Source: Octopus vulgaris
Taxonomy: Eukaryota
Direction: 5' to 3'
Assembly (NCBI GenBank): GCA_951406725.2
Contig: OX597826.1
Coordinates: 82,336,001 to 82,400,000, forward strand
DNA: 64,000 bases
The notes beneath the pieces were generated by a model that saw nothing but the letters and a program-made list of their open reading frames with translations, searched no databases and was not told where the DNA came from. Of the stretch, positions 13,000 through 25,822 are shown one piece after another; the stretch's first letter is position 1; each line of letters opens with the position of its first letter. The position numbers were made by a program, and so were the translations under genes.

Positions 13000-14130
13000 C
13001 TGCATCTTTAGAATATAATAGCTTTAGAATATTATCTGCGACTTGTAGTATATGTTTTATTAAGTTGTTAGTATCTATGGCAGTGTATCTGATAAGATTT
13101 GAGGAGTGCTGTTCAGGGTTTTGGGTCTGCCTTGACGTGTTTTTTCGTTTTGTCGGCGGGTTTTCTTTTGTTGGTGATGCTAGTAGCTTGAATGCTTGAT
13201 TGTTTGTCGGTTTCCATGTTCCCCACCTCTCTCCATTCTGACTCTGGTGTAATACGGTTTTACTTTTCATATCTTTCTTTTCCTTACTCTTCATAAATAT
13301 CCATCGTAGCGATTCTTTAAAACTAGTTTCCCCGCGAGTCGAGTTTTCTTCACTAATCTGTGGCAGGGGGCGTGGCTATGCCAGCGCTGTCACAAATTTG
13401 CATTGGAAATCTGGTTAAGTAATTCGGTTGAGATCTCTGAGTTGTGGTGGTATCGGTAATATATTTTTCCTGGTTGTGGCACATGTGTCTTGTTTTCGTT
13501 CAGTGTGCTTCCATTCTACCATTTTTGTACTGTTGTTGTTGTTGCTGTTGCTGCTGCTTTTTATGCTGGCGTGGTTGTTGTGCTGAAAGTATGAGGGATT
13601 TCTTCCTTTTTGTAGGTAGCAGTAAATTCTTAGATGGTTTACATCTACACGTCCGTGGCAACGTGGCCTTCAGCTTTCCACTGCTATGATAAACTTCAAA
13701 CAGTTTGGGCGGCTGATCGAGTGAGAGATGATCTCACTGCTTTTGGGGTCCGTCTCTATTCGTAATTCCAAACTTTGCACCTGAATAACTTTCCTCTTTT
13801 TTCTTTCATGGATTTTATGTTCATCTCATTTTCGAAGCGTTCCTCATATGCCGCCGGTCGTGACCAGCAAAAAGGTGTTCGCTTCTAGTGGTACCTCAGA
13901 CACCTTTACTTTCATTACCCTCCGATTAAGTTGTATTCGAATCAAAAGCAGTTTATCACTTTTTAGATTTTGTCGTTGAATTTCCTTTTTGTTGTGTCTT
14001 CCTTTGGAAAATCTCACCTCAACTCTGCGAACATGTCTTCATCGAGCGACAAACGTTCCTATGCCGTAGATTCGTTTAAAAAATGTTTCATCTGACTCTG
14101 CGTTGCTCGCTCAAAGCGATTCGTTTCAAG
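13000..14130 (-). mobile_element. Decayed Tx1-like LINE ORF1, probably the same element as 11080-11930
   Basis: Minus peptides RRVEVRFSK..NLKSDKLLLIRIQLNRRVMKVKVSEVP resemble the ORF1-like relic at ~31600. Order and strand are correct relative to the APE fragment. Confidence 0.45.
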
Positions 14131-14521
14131 CGCTATACATTTATATATAATTGTTTTTCTTTTCATCTCGTATACATCCCTGCGTATTTAAATATTATTT
14201 AACCATTCTTAATTAGATGCATTTTTGCATTTCTTAGTTGTGACTCATTTAATACAAGTGATTCTAGCTTTTCATTCGCATCTGCGAAACCGTTCCACTG
14301 TTTTCTGCTTTTATTGTATTAATGTTTGTGCTGATGGTAGCTTTGTTATGGTTGCTGCTATTGGGGGACAGGTTTCATTATTCACATTTTCAGGCTTATT
14401 ACTTCAGTTATTGTCCTTGCTTCTGCTAGTTTATACCATGCTGTGGAGTGGGATGATAGCCTTGATTTCACATCCAGCATTTATGATTTTGTGGTTGCCT
14501 TTTTATATTATTATTATTATT

Positions 14522-14625
14522 ACTTTTTTTTTCTTCTTTCAAATTTGCTTCCATTTCTTGCCGAGTGTCTTCCCGACTCCTAGGGCAAAGAAACTCATAG
14601 TGTACATTGGTAGGCCATTAAACCA
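14522..14625 (-). mobile_element. Extreme 3' end of an R4/Dong-like LINE embedded in (TAA)n
   Basis: Minus strand ATGGCCTACCAATGTACACTATGAGTTTCTTTGCCCTAGGAGTCGGGAAGACACTC aligns with 40166-40222, the 3' UTR of an RLE fragment; (TAA)n on both sides. Confidence 0.7.
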
Positions 14626-14665
<40 letters not shown>

Positions 14666-14683
14666 ATTATTATTATTATTATT

Positions 14684-14730
<47 letters not shown>

Positions 14731-14736
14731 TATGAT

Positions 14737-14830
<94 letters not shown>

Positions 14831-14832
14831 TA
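14626..14832. repeat. (TTA)n-(CAT)n-(TAA)n-(TTA)n microsatellite with polarity switches
   Basis: Directly visible. Confidence 0.95.
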
Positions 14833-15152
14833 TAATTCATCGAATTATATGAATTACTCAACTATCAATTACTCAGCTATATCATTGGCCTTCTGAAAGA
14901 TAAAGTTGGCTTCGGCGGATGTGAACCACGAATAGAGATTATTAAACATTTTTTTTTAGCAATATATTAATGCGTACCAAGGATTTGCGACAGATTTTAG
15001 AATAATTGAGATATTCAGTGCTGCCGTAGACTATTTGCAGGATTACAATTCATGCGATTTCATCTGATGAGATCTCAGAATTATAATAAATTTCGCTTAA
15101 AACCAAATATTGTATATAGTTCAAAGTCAGAAGGGAAGAGGGAGAGAGAGAG

Positions 15153-15221
<69 letters not shown>

Positions 15222-16087
15222 CAGAGTGATGGAGAGATGAGAGGAAAGAAAAGCTAACGTTATAAACTTTATGGTGTATGGAAGAATCGAATGATTAAAC
15301 GCTTAAATTGTCGCCTACAGTGCACTGATCAATAATTCAGAAAGGAATTTTTAAATAAAGGAATCAGTTTCATATCACGTGGTTTTTATAATAGCAGGCG
15401 TGTTACTTGCAAAAGTCAATTAAAATGAAGTAATCACTTTTACTAATTATTCTCACCTCCTTCTCTCAATTCATTCAACAAACAGCGATCAAATTCTACT
15501 CGTGTCTCCTCCTATAATACATATTCTGCTTGTTTTGCATAAATCCCACATTGCATAATTCGAATAATGGTTACTTGTTCAATATTTCTTACGCACCTTC
15601 AAAATTCTATAATTCATAGATTACATTCTTCTTACTTCATATTCTACGAATTTCCTCCATGACATTTTTCTCATTTAAAAGCTTCTTATGCTAATTGCTT
15701 CTTAAATTATGAAAATTTCATGGCACATAATTTTTCAAATGCTTAATAGCGCAAATTCAAACTTAATGTTGAAAAAGAGGAATCAGCTCCATGATTAATC
15801 AATGAAAGTGAACGAACCAATCAAAAACGCCGTTAGTCAGTCTAAAGAGCTTTCTTCCCAACACCTCTAACACTTCCACAAAACGTTTCTAGCGAGTCAG
15901 ACATTTTTCATAATTATATATCTTAGTGATTATCCTAATTAGAATTATATCTCTGATCAATTATTAAATGGTAGACGTTATCTGAATGCTAAATGTTACT
16001 ACATACACCTATTCATAGATACATATGAACGTACATACTTATACACATACATATATATTTACATGAATCAAAAAGGAAAAAAATGAC

Positions 16088-16342
16088 CATAGGTCCTTCC
16101 CGAGCCCAAGGCTCCTGAGGACGGTTTCTCGGATTCGGTAGTGTATGTATCTCTCTCCAACCACCGCGCTCCGAACGGACGCCCGATCTGCTGTAAGGTT
16201 GTTTTTGCCTGCTAAGAGGACTGGAAGAACGCGAAATGATGTGTTTTGCTACAGACTCATCGCACTGCCTGGTCTATGAATAGAAACTATAATCGTATGT
16301 TCATGAATGCAACACCCTACCCACTAAGCCACGCACCTCCCC
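16088..16342 (-). mobile_element. tRNA-derived SINE related to the family A head, different tail, diverged
   Basis: Minus GGAGGTGCGTGGCTTAGTGGGTAGGGTGTTGC A box and a decayed B box; similar to the 48622 copy. Confidence 0.65.
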
Positions 16343-16417
16343 TATATATGTATGCATGCAAATGTAAATAGATATACATATGCATAAAAATACGTGTTTA
16401 TTGATATACATGTGTGT

Positions 16418-16456
<39 letters not shown>

Positions 16457-16458
16457 AG

Positions 16459-17707
16459 TATCTTGGCCCATCTCATAATGCAGTTTCTTCAATTGCATGA
16501 ACTAAAAGTCGGAAGAGGACGGGATAAACAACCTGCATCAGCTTACTAAAATAACAGGTAACAATTTTACCTTGTCCTTATTCTTAGTGCAATTTTGAAG
16601 AGTGCAGTTCGATTTTAACAGTTATTTTTTCAAAGCTATAATGGAAGTAACTAAGGAGAATATTCAACATATTTTGCTTTATGAGTTCAATAAAGCCAAC
16701 AACGCAACGGAAAGTGTGAGGGATATTAATGCTAGTGTCAATGGTAGTTAGAGAAATTCCGAGCCAGAAACTACAGCCTAAAAGACGAGCTTCGTTCTGG
16801 AAGATCTGTAGAGCTCGACGAGCACGTCCTGAAACCCCTGGTGTCACAAAATCCCGTCGTAACTGTTGAGTAACTAGCAGAGAAGAGTAGGTCTAGTAAC
16901 TCAACCATTCATCGATACCTGCGTGTCATCAAAAAGTCAGCAAATTGGATCAATGTGTTCCACACAAACTTTCCGTGTCTAATCGAGCGCAGAGAGTGAA
17001 TGTGTGCTCTTCTTTGCTGCCACGTCTCCCGAATGAACCTTTTTTGGACCGAATAGTGACTGGTGACGAGAAATGAGTTCCCTATAAAAATGTCAAGCGC
17101 CGAAGACAGTAGGCAGGGAAAGGAGAAACACTGACACCCTAGGCTAAAGAAGGTCATCACTCATGTAAGGCGTTATTATCTGTTTGATGGGATATGGAAG
17201 GTTTAGTTCACTTTGAACTTTTAAACCCAAACCAAACGATAACAAAGGAGATCTACAGCAAGTAACTTGAGCGGCTCAAGTCAGCGCTAAAAGGAAAATA
17301 ACCATCTTTGGTTTCAAGAGGAAAGGTGTTCTTCCATCAGGATAATGCTTGGCCACATACCGCGAGGATGACATTCCAAAGGCTGGAGCAGTTTGGATAG
17401 GAAATGATGCCCCACCCACCATATTCGCCGGACATTGCCCTATCCGATTTTCATTTATTCAGAAGTCTTCAAAATCATTTAGACGGGAAAATATGAATTC
17501 TGTAGACGAGGTCAGAACAGAACTGGAGGAGTATTTTTCGTCAGGGACAAGTGAATTTTGGAAGAGGGGCCTTGCAAGTCTACCAGATAGATGGAAGGGC
17601 ATTGTAGAAAGTGAAGGAGAGTATTTTTTGGTTAAAAAAGAACTTTGTTTATTTTAATTATGAAAACTCAAAGTATAAAAACCGCATTATTTATGGGATG
17701 ATCCTAT
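16459..17707 (+). mobile_element. Mariner (DD34D) transposon, decayed
   Basis: ATG at 16641 gives MEVTKENIQHILLYEFNK, then CVPH, RIVTGDEK, FFHQDNA, HPPYSPDIALSDFHLFRSLQNHL. Right TIR CCGCATTATTTATGGGATGATCCTATA has a degenerate left copy at ~16459. Confidence 0.9.
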
Positions 17708-17736
17708 ATACATACATATATACTTACACACACACA

Positions 17737-17780
<44 letters not shown>

Positions 17781-18533
17781 TATATATATACTGAAATGTA
17801 TTTCCATCCTACTTGATGTGAATGCACCTTGAAAGACAAATTTATTGCAGCATCAGCGAGGTGATAATATCTGTAAACGATAGACTGTATTTCAAAAGAC
17901 AATATATATATCAGAGGCAGACGAAGTCGTATAAGCAGCGACAAGTGGGAACGCCAGATTCCTTTCTGCCTCGCTGGATATTGTCAATAACGTTTACTCA
18001 CAGACAACCATATGCTTAGACGAAATTTGTCGCCGTCGATAAATAAGAAAACAGTGAATAAATAACCACCTCTAGCGAAAATAACCGCCCGGTTGAATAA
18101 ACCTCAGATATATACAATAGATGCAGCATTAGATACAAATAGACATCTATGTGTCGTAGTCAATGTAAATAGATCGTGAAAGGAAAATTTACTGAGGTAT
18201 TCGTCCAGATATCTTTTTATAGTAGTGTTATTTAAATACAGAATATATATAAAATTTGAACGAAGATTGTCCAAGCACCGACTAGTGAGAGCGTCAGACG
18301 CATTTCTGCCACTTTGGATGTTGTGAAAATCGTATACTCAATGTCCCTCAATGCTCAAATGAAATTTGTCACCATTGGTGTCTAAGAAGTGTGAATAATC
18401 AATCATTAATGTGGCGAATGGCAGTATAAAAATCTAGCCTTTGCAACTCTAATGATTGTCTAACCAATATCTTCTTTTATATCGGTGGCAATCACTTTAC
18501 TCTGTGTATGAAGTGTAACGCAAGTAAACACTT

Positions 18534-18564
18534 CTGACGATGCTTACCAAGGCAGAAACGTGTC
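18534..18564 (+). ncRNA. Degenerate hammerhead-like motif
   Basis: CTGACGA - TGCTT acca AGGCA - GAAAC gt GTC; stem I does not pair convincingly. Confidence 0.35.
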
Positions 18565-18728
18565 TACAGTTCGCTTTAATAGATGCTGCAAAGGTTTTAC
18601 TCTGTATCGATTAATTTGTGATTTTAAGCACAGCACGTCCATATTGAGTGACATATCCCCGCCCAAATACCGGTGTAAGTTAAATTTTAACGATTTACTT
18701 ACATAATACTGCTTCTGTGGCTTGATGT

Positions 18729-18803
<75 letters not shown>

Positions 18804-18807
18804 TATA

Positions 18808-18933
18808 TTCTGTGGAAAAGCGTAGGCTCGAAACGTTAAAGACTTCTTCATTTCCCAAGTGTTGAACTAATGCATCTGTTTGTTGTCTACACCACCTGTC
18901 TTCATCTTTTTTATGTGAATTCTTCCCCTGTAA

Positions 18934-18935
<2 letters not shown>
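18808..18935 (+). mobile_element. Short PLE-associated element with variant minimal HHR, flanked by (TA)n on both sides
   Basis: CTGTGGA-A-AAGCgtagGCTC-GAAACGTT-AAAG, followed by a body homologous to 49708-49882 and 62915-63115. Confidence 0.7.
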
Positions 18936-19016
<81 letters not shown>

Positions 19017-19663
19017 CACACATTTATACTTATACACATGTGTATATAAGCATATGCCTGTATGCACATTTAGTTACATAACTATATACATCTATTTATC
19101 TGTCTTTCAATCAATTAATCCTTTTATCTATCTGTCTATCGCTCTATCTATGCCAAATCATTTTTAGACACTTTCACGCGCGTACTCACTCACAGAATAT
19201 ATAATCCAATGTCTGTGATTGAAAAACACAAACCATTAACTCTTAGCAAGTTTAGCTCAATAATTTCATGAACGCAACCACTCCAGTCACTTGCCACAAT
19301 GAATCTTCGGAAAAAATATCACTTATCCTTTGATAACAACACAACAATCAGACAAGTGTGTAATTTTCAGAGAAGGCAACTATATAATTAATTTCCCTGG
19401 TGACCAATCAGGCTTAATTTTCACGAAAAATGTGAAACGTTATGGTTGCATGTACAACAAACAGCCATTAAGTGTTAATAATATTTATTATGCTCATAGT
19501 TTAACAACCGTGTCGCTGGCTTTATCATAAGTCACACTTCAAAACAAATCAAAAGTTAGTTACGTGCCAAATCTTCGGGTTTGTACAAATAGAGAAACAC
19601 ACACGCACACACAAAATCACATATAATTACATAAATGCGTGTGTGTATATAAACATATACTCA

Positions 19664-19921
19664 CGGACGTAGAATCGTGGTTTCGATTCCCAGACCGGGC
19701 ATTGTGAGTGTTTATTGAGCGAAAACACCTAAAGCTCCACGAGGCTCCGGCAGGGGGTGGGGGTGGCGATCCCTGCTGTACTCCTTCGCCGCAACTTTCT
19801 CTCACTCTTTCTTCTGTTGGTCTGCTCGCTTAGCCAGCGGGGTGGCATCATTTGAAGGCTAAAACAAAGCGAAGCACATTGTGACCAGCGATGTGTAGCA
19901 ACATCTGATAGCCTGGTCGGT
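19664..19921 (+). mobile_element. SINE family A, 5'-clipped, tail type b
   Basis: GGTTTCGATTCCCAGACCGGGC..TTTATTGAGCGAAAACACCTAAAGCTCCACGAGGCTCCGGCAGGGGG shared with other copies; diverges after CTCTTTCTTC. Confidence 0.88.
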
Positions 19922-19974
19922 GATATAATTATATATATATCCTATATATTATACTTTTTACTTGTTTCAATCGT

Positions 19975-20371
19975 TATTTTGTAATAACGAATCAGTTACA
20001 CTTTTATATTATTTGACATGTTTGATGACTGCTACAAACATCTTCTTTCCTTCTTTTCTCCCTCTTACTTTCTTTCCGTTTCTCTCTCTCTCTCTCTCTC
20101 TCTCTATTAGGCAACATTTAGTGCAATGAGGTCTTTTATGAACACAGATATGGAGTTACTTGTTTCAATCGTGCTGCACGAAGTTTTGTCAGTGAACAGG
20201 TCGTGGTCTCAAAGCGACGAAAATATTTTGACAAATTAAATTTAAATGTTGGAGTGAATCTAACGGTTTCTTAAATGGCTTATAAACACCTTCCACGCTG
20301 TAATTATATATATTTTATGTATACATGTGTGTGTGTGTTTGTCTATCTATATGTATGTTTATATGCATGTA

Positions 20372-20407
<36 letters not shown>

Positions 20408-20665
20408 TATATGCATATAAACATATATATAGATGCATAAACACACACACACATACATACATACATACATAAAATGCATATAGGCTAACAGACACGCGCA
20501 GAAACATGCGTATACGTGCTCCTTGAAATTTTGACATTTTCGAAACCATAATATCTGACAACTTGTAAAGATAATATTTTGTAATAACGAATCAGTTACA
20601 CTTTTATATTATTTGACATGTTTGATGACTGCTACAAACATCTTCTTTCCTTCTTTTCTCCCTCT

Positions 20666-20702
<37 letters not shown>

Positions 20703-20752
20703 AGGCAACATTTAGTGCAATGAGGTCTTTTATGAACACAGATATGGAGTTA
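19975..20752 (+). repeat. ~180-bp direct duplication (19975-20158 and 20575-20752)
   Basis: TATTTTGTAATAACGAATCAG...CACAGATATGGAGTTA occurs twice, differing almost only in the (TC)n segment. Confidence 0.93.
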
Positions 20753-22304
20753 GAAACACGTAATTATATTTAGGGAAATTTTATGATATGCTGTATATCA
20801 AATTCTTGTTATCACGGTCCTTCGAACATAATTTTAAGAAACACAAACCATTTGGAATAAATATTTTAATTACAGCTTCGTATAACATTTAGTAATCATT
20901 TAAATGATGATTTAATTTAAAGAAATATAACCGATAATCTACTTGTTCATCTCATATACTGATGAAATTTATAAAGTCAAACATCAAATGTTATCTTTTA
21001 CTTGACATTTTGTTGTCGTTGGGATGCGCAGAAGGAAGAAGATAAGCTCCGTTGGCGTCATTGTGAGTAACTTGCATCTTCTAACAACCATGTGCTCTCC
21101 GAGTTATTAACAATGTAATTAATACGAAGGAGATGTAAACAAGAAATGAAGCCATTTCGGTGAATCAACTATGCGAGCATCTTCCCTCCTCTAGAGAATT
21201 TGCTGATAATTATTAACTTCAATCTAAATTTTAATGTTTGTTGTATGAACATAATGTCATAATTTGTGAACTTTACATTGTTCATTTGTCCAATAAGATT
21301 TACGCTGTTAATTACACACACACACACACACACACTCATATATATGTAACAAATCAATAGGAGTGTAAATGCTTAAGATGTTTACAGGAACTGTACATAC
21401 AAATAAGATCGATTCGCTAAATGTTCTGTTTAAACATTTGCTTATCAATTTATGATGGACACCATATGAAGCAAAAAATTTCCTTTCGTTCTTTCTTTCT
21501 TCCTTTCTCTCTTTCTTTTCTCTCTTTCTTACTCTTCCCCTCACTCTCTTCTATTTCAGAAATTAGGCAAAGGATGTGGCGGTTACATAAAACTGACAAC
21601 GTTCAGAGGCAGAGAGGTGGTAACTACCATGGGATGAATCAGCGAGCCTTTGAGCTTTTTTGTAATTGTTGTTGCTGTTTCAGTTAATCTCCAGCTCAAA
21701 CCCGACGAAACAAAGCTCTGATCACAACATCTCACATTTGTTTCAACGTCCTTTTGTGTACGTAACACTACTGCAGCCGCTGCGCTGTTCCTAGCTTACG
21801 AAGCTAAGGTTGTCCTTTAACGGGGTTTCGCTGCTCTTTTTATCATATTTTGCGACCACAAAAAGGCTCTCCCATTGGTTATCGTTTGTCAATTAATGAG
21901 AATAGTCTTAAGTAATCAAGAGAATGTTCGTTATTTAACAAGGTATGGCCGTGGATGTTTACTGCAAAAGATTCAATTTTGCAACATCGAAAAGATACCT
22001 GGTATTGCTGGGCATGCGCATCCTTAGTTTATCACCTCACGAACAACAGCATTGTATTTGATATGACATTAAGCACACTGCTGATATCATTACTCCTTAA
22101 AAAACTGCAGAAATCTGAAATCCCTTCTTACAAACATCAATGTACAAAAGTTCAAGTTGAACTCCTACTCTCCTTAGTCCCTCAACATTTTCGATGATCG
22201 GCGATGGACATGTCTTGTGTTTCTTTCCTTCAACCACTTAAAACTTTTTCTAAAAAATGCAATAATAAAGTATGATTACGTTAAATTATATTATTATAAT
22301 TTCC

Positions 22305-22505
22305 ACACGAGAGGGCGTTATCGAGCTGGAAAAAATGCTTAGAGGCGTTTCTTCTGAATTAACGTTCTGAGTTCAATTGCCACCAGAGTCAACTTTGCTT
22401 TTCTTCATTTCGGGGTCAATAAAATAAGTATCTGTCGAACTCTGGGGCCGATATAATCAACTTTTCTTCGAAATTGCTGACTTTCCGTCAAAATTTAAAA
22501 CCATT
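22305..22505 (+). mobile_element. SINE family B, diverged
   Basis: AAATGCTTAG..GTTCTGAGTTCAA..GTCAACTTTGCTTTTCTTCATTTCGGGGTCAATAAAATAAGTA. Confidence 0.75.
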
Positions 22506-24169
22506 ATAATTCCTGTCTGTCTGTCTGTCTCTCTCTTTTTTTCTCTCTCTCTCTCATTATATGTATCTGTAAGTATAAGTGGAGTCAGTCTCTTGCTAGT
22601 CTAAGTTCCACCTGTAGATACAAAAGATCTTTGGGCAAGTCGTGCCCGAAAAATTGATGGGGTTTGTACATTTATATATAGTTTTCTATTCGTAAGGTGG
22701 GGTGAAAGTATGATAAAAGTTGGGGACAGGATTGAAGAAAATAAAGAGAAAGAAAAAGGGTAAGAAGAGAAAGGGGAGTGAAAATAAGAATAGGAAAAAT
22801 ATAAAAATGAAATGGAAATTAAAAGAAATAGAAGAGGGACAGGTGTTTCAAGAATTCAATTACAAGAATTCAGTATGGGAATGGCAGATGATGAACTGTT
22901 AGAAGCAATGAATGGAAATTTTAAAAAATGTAATAAGATGGCAGTTAATGTCGTAGGGGCACTGAAATTAGAAGGATGGGCAACAGAGGGAAGGAGTAAA
23001 AATTAAAAAGATAATACAAAGAAATTTTCGGAATGAATGACGATTGAGAGGGTTGTGAATAATGTGTTGAAAATTAGAACAAAAGAAAATCATAAAGGAT
23101 TCTGGTAGTGCTTTGGAGGAATGGTCAGTACTTGAAAATCTGAAGAGATTTTTGTAAATAGAATGAAATAATATAAAATTAAAAGAAAAAAAAATCAGGA
23201 ATGATTGAAGAGAAAATAAAAAAGTAAATGGAAAAATGTGGAAAACAAATAGAAATATTGGTTGGGATATGAATAATATTATAAGGAAAAGATGGAAGAA
23301 ATTTTGAAAACATTGGGGGAAAATGATTAATAAAAAATAAATGAAAAAGATGGTAGAAATATGTCGAGGTACTTGAGAAAGTGAAAGTGTTGAAAGAGCA
23401 CTCGAAAATTATTAAGATTATGAAATAAACAGGAATAAACAAGAAAATAAGAAAAATAGAAAAAACAGGAAAAAATCAGCACAGTTGGAGGGAGTTAAAG
23501 ATCAAGAACTAAAAAGGCCCCTTGAATTTAAAAGGAAACTTGGGTAAAATATAAGTCAAGTAAATAAATTAAGATAGGAGCAAAGAAAGCGAGGAAGATG
23601 TGCAGAAGAAATGAAAGGTTTGAAATTATATAAAGGTACACTATCGGTTGATAGGGTATGGAACACTAGAAACGATACAGATAACCAACAGATATAGGAT
23701 AAACATAAAGGGATTCATGGCAGATATAATTAAACTGTCGAAAGGATTAGGTCCTTGAAGCTGGGCATATTTATGGAAAGTACATATGTATTGTTATTAA
23801 CGAGCAAATATGAAATTAGGAATAAATAACTATCGATGTTACGTCAAAACGAATGTGATTTTTGAATTTAGTGGCAAAAAAATGCATATATGAGCATTAA
23901 AAAATACAAATAAACAAAACGTGTGTTACATTGTGTTATAGGCATTTGCTTTAGCAAGAACGCTTTACTTGACAGTTGAACTATTTCTATTATTGTCCTT
24001 TATTCCCGGTATGTACTTGGAAAACCTTGCAGAATTTCCTTTACTACTATTTTGAATCTTACAGAGGGATTGCGCGAAATGGGACATAATAATGTTTTCT
24101 AAGCCCCGTATATTCGATTTCAATGTGTCACTGAGGTTTCGAACTGACCTTATGTTTACGTTTTCATAA

Positions 24170-24310
24170 ATTAGAGGTTCGGCAAAAGAGACCGATAGAA
24201 GAAGCACTAGGCTTCCAAAGAATAAGTCCTGGGTCAATTTCTTCGACTAAAACCCTATAAGCGGTGCTCCAGCATGGCCGCAGCCTAATGACTGAAACAA
24301 ATTACAGAGG
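24170..24310 (+). mobile_element. 3' half of SINE family C (CORE-like)
   Basis: GGTTCGGCAAAAGAGACCGATAGAA..GTCCTGGGTC..GCGGTGCTCCAGCATGGCCGCAG..TGACTGAAACAA matches 62511-62640 on the opposite strand. Confidence 0.8.
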
Positions 24311-25675
24311 AACAGAGTAGACCACCTCTTTCGAGAGGCATTTATTAATTAGTGGACATTGAGAGCGGTTTCTACAATAACAATCTCGTTAGGTTGGCTT
24401 TAAGCTGTTTATAGGTGTAGCTCTTTCACTGTGGTTTATATTAACGAGACAGCTTTCGCTAACTTTGACCGTCAACACGCCCTATGACCAGAAAATTATA
24501 TATGAATGTGCAAACCCAATCACTTTTCTTGTCATAACTTGCTTGAAAGTCCTGTGTTCCTACGAGCGAAACGCAGATTAGTAAGACAGACGCGATCAAA
24601 ATAAAATATCGTGTGTGTGTGTGGGCGCGCGTGTGTGTGCGCGTGCGTGCGTAATCGTTCGCTTGCGCACTTAGTATTCACGTAGAGTACACAATCTCAC
24701 TTATAATTTTGGCGCACTGTGAAATCCATGTAGATTTGTGGATACACTCGTTAGCGAAAAACTTCTTACTAACACTGAGTCCCATATTAGCCACCTGGCG
24801 GCAGTAGTAGCTTATCACTGTTTTCGTTTGTGTTGTTGGCTAAACCCCGAAAGCCACTCATGGAAAATAAAGCATCTGAAAGTCCAGTTCAGCATTGAAA
24901 TCACCTTTACTAAACTAACTGTCATATTAAGACACTCGCTGTGGAGACTCCTGCAGAGGGTGATGGAGCACTGCCTTATCTTCACCTACTGCAAATTCTA
25001 TCGGATTGTAGGTCTGCACAACCGTAAACTAAGCATGTCTGTTATTGCTCCATGCCGTGATGATCCGATTATTCTCTGACTTCTGAGCATTAAGTCCTCC
25101 CCTGTATGACTACATAAGTTGTTGCCAACATCCCGAGCATGATTTACTGGAACAATTAAGTGATGTACGAGTAGAAAAAATAGAGTATAACGTATGGTGC
25201 GAAGTGGAAGTGATTAAAGCCTGGGAAGACAGAATAATGGTAGAAGAAGAAGAAGAAGAAGAAGCGTTAATCGATTGCAACGGTTGACATGGAATAACAC
25301 TATGGCTTGTCCAATTTACAAATATTATCGAGCTAAGTTGTGAGTTTCAGCGGCCTCTTATAATCATCTCGATAGGTTTCAAAAGGCCATCGACATCTTG
25401 CACAGGTAGCATTTGTGAAGAACGTCAAACAATGTGAAGTACCCAGTCGGCTGGTTACCGGTGCGGCATTGCGCCCTGTACAGCAGGAAAGTGAACCCCT
25501 ATCATCCCCTAGCAGATGGTAGGATCGCGAGGCTGAATCAGTTTCGAGCTAGTTTGCCCATCCTCAGTCGCGAACACCTGGTCACTAGAGAAATAGCCAA
25601 AACCTGTTCCAGCTTGCAATATATTGTAAACACCATCGGTGTTGTACGATAAATAGACACACGGACGGACACATA

Positions 25676-25822
25676 CGGCGAGTTTCTTTTAGATCCACTC
25701 ACAAAGCTTTGGTTTGACCGAGGCTATAGCAGAAGACACTTGCCTCAGGTGCCTTGCAGTGGGACTGAACCCAGAACTATGTGGCTGGGAAGCGAACATC
25801 TTTTCACACAACAACGCCCGAC
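25676..25822 (-). mobile_element. 5' half of SINE family C
   Basis: Minus GGGTTCAGTCCCACTGCAAGGCACCTGAGGCAAGTGTCTTCTGCTATAGCCTCGG matches 62730-62880. Confidence 0.8.

Noticed and set aside
15060-15085. CTGATGAG hammerhead-like core
   Set aside because: No GAAA core half after a stem II and no NUH/stem I arrangement.
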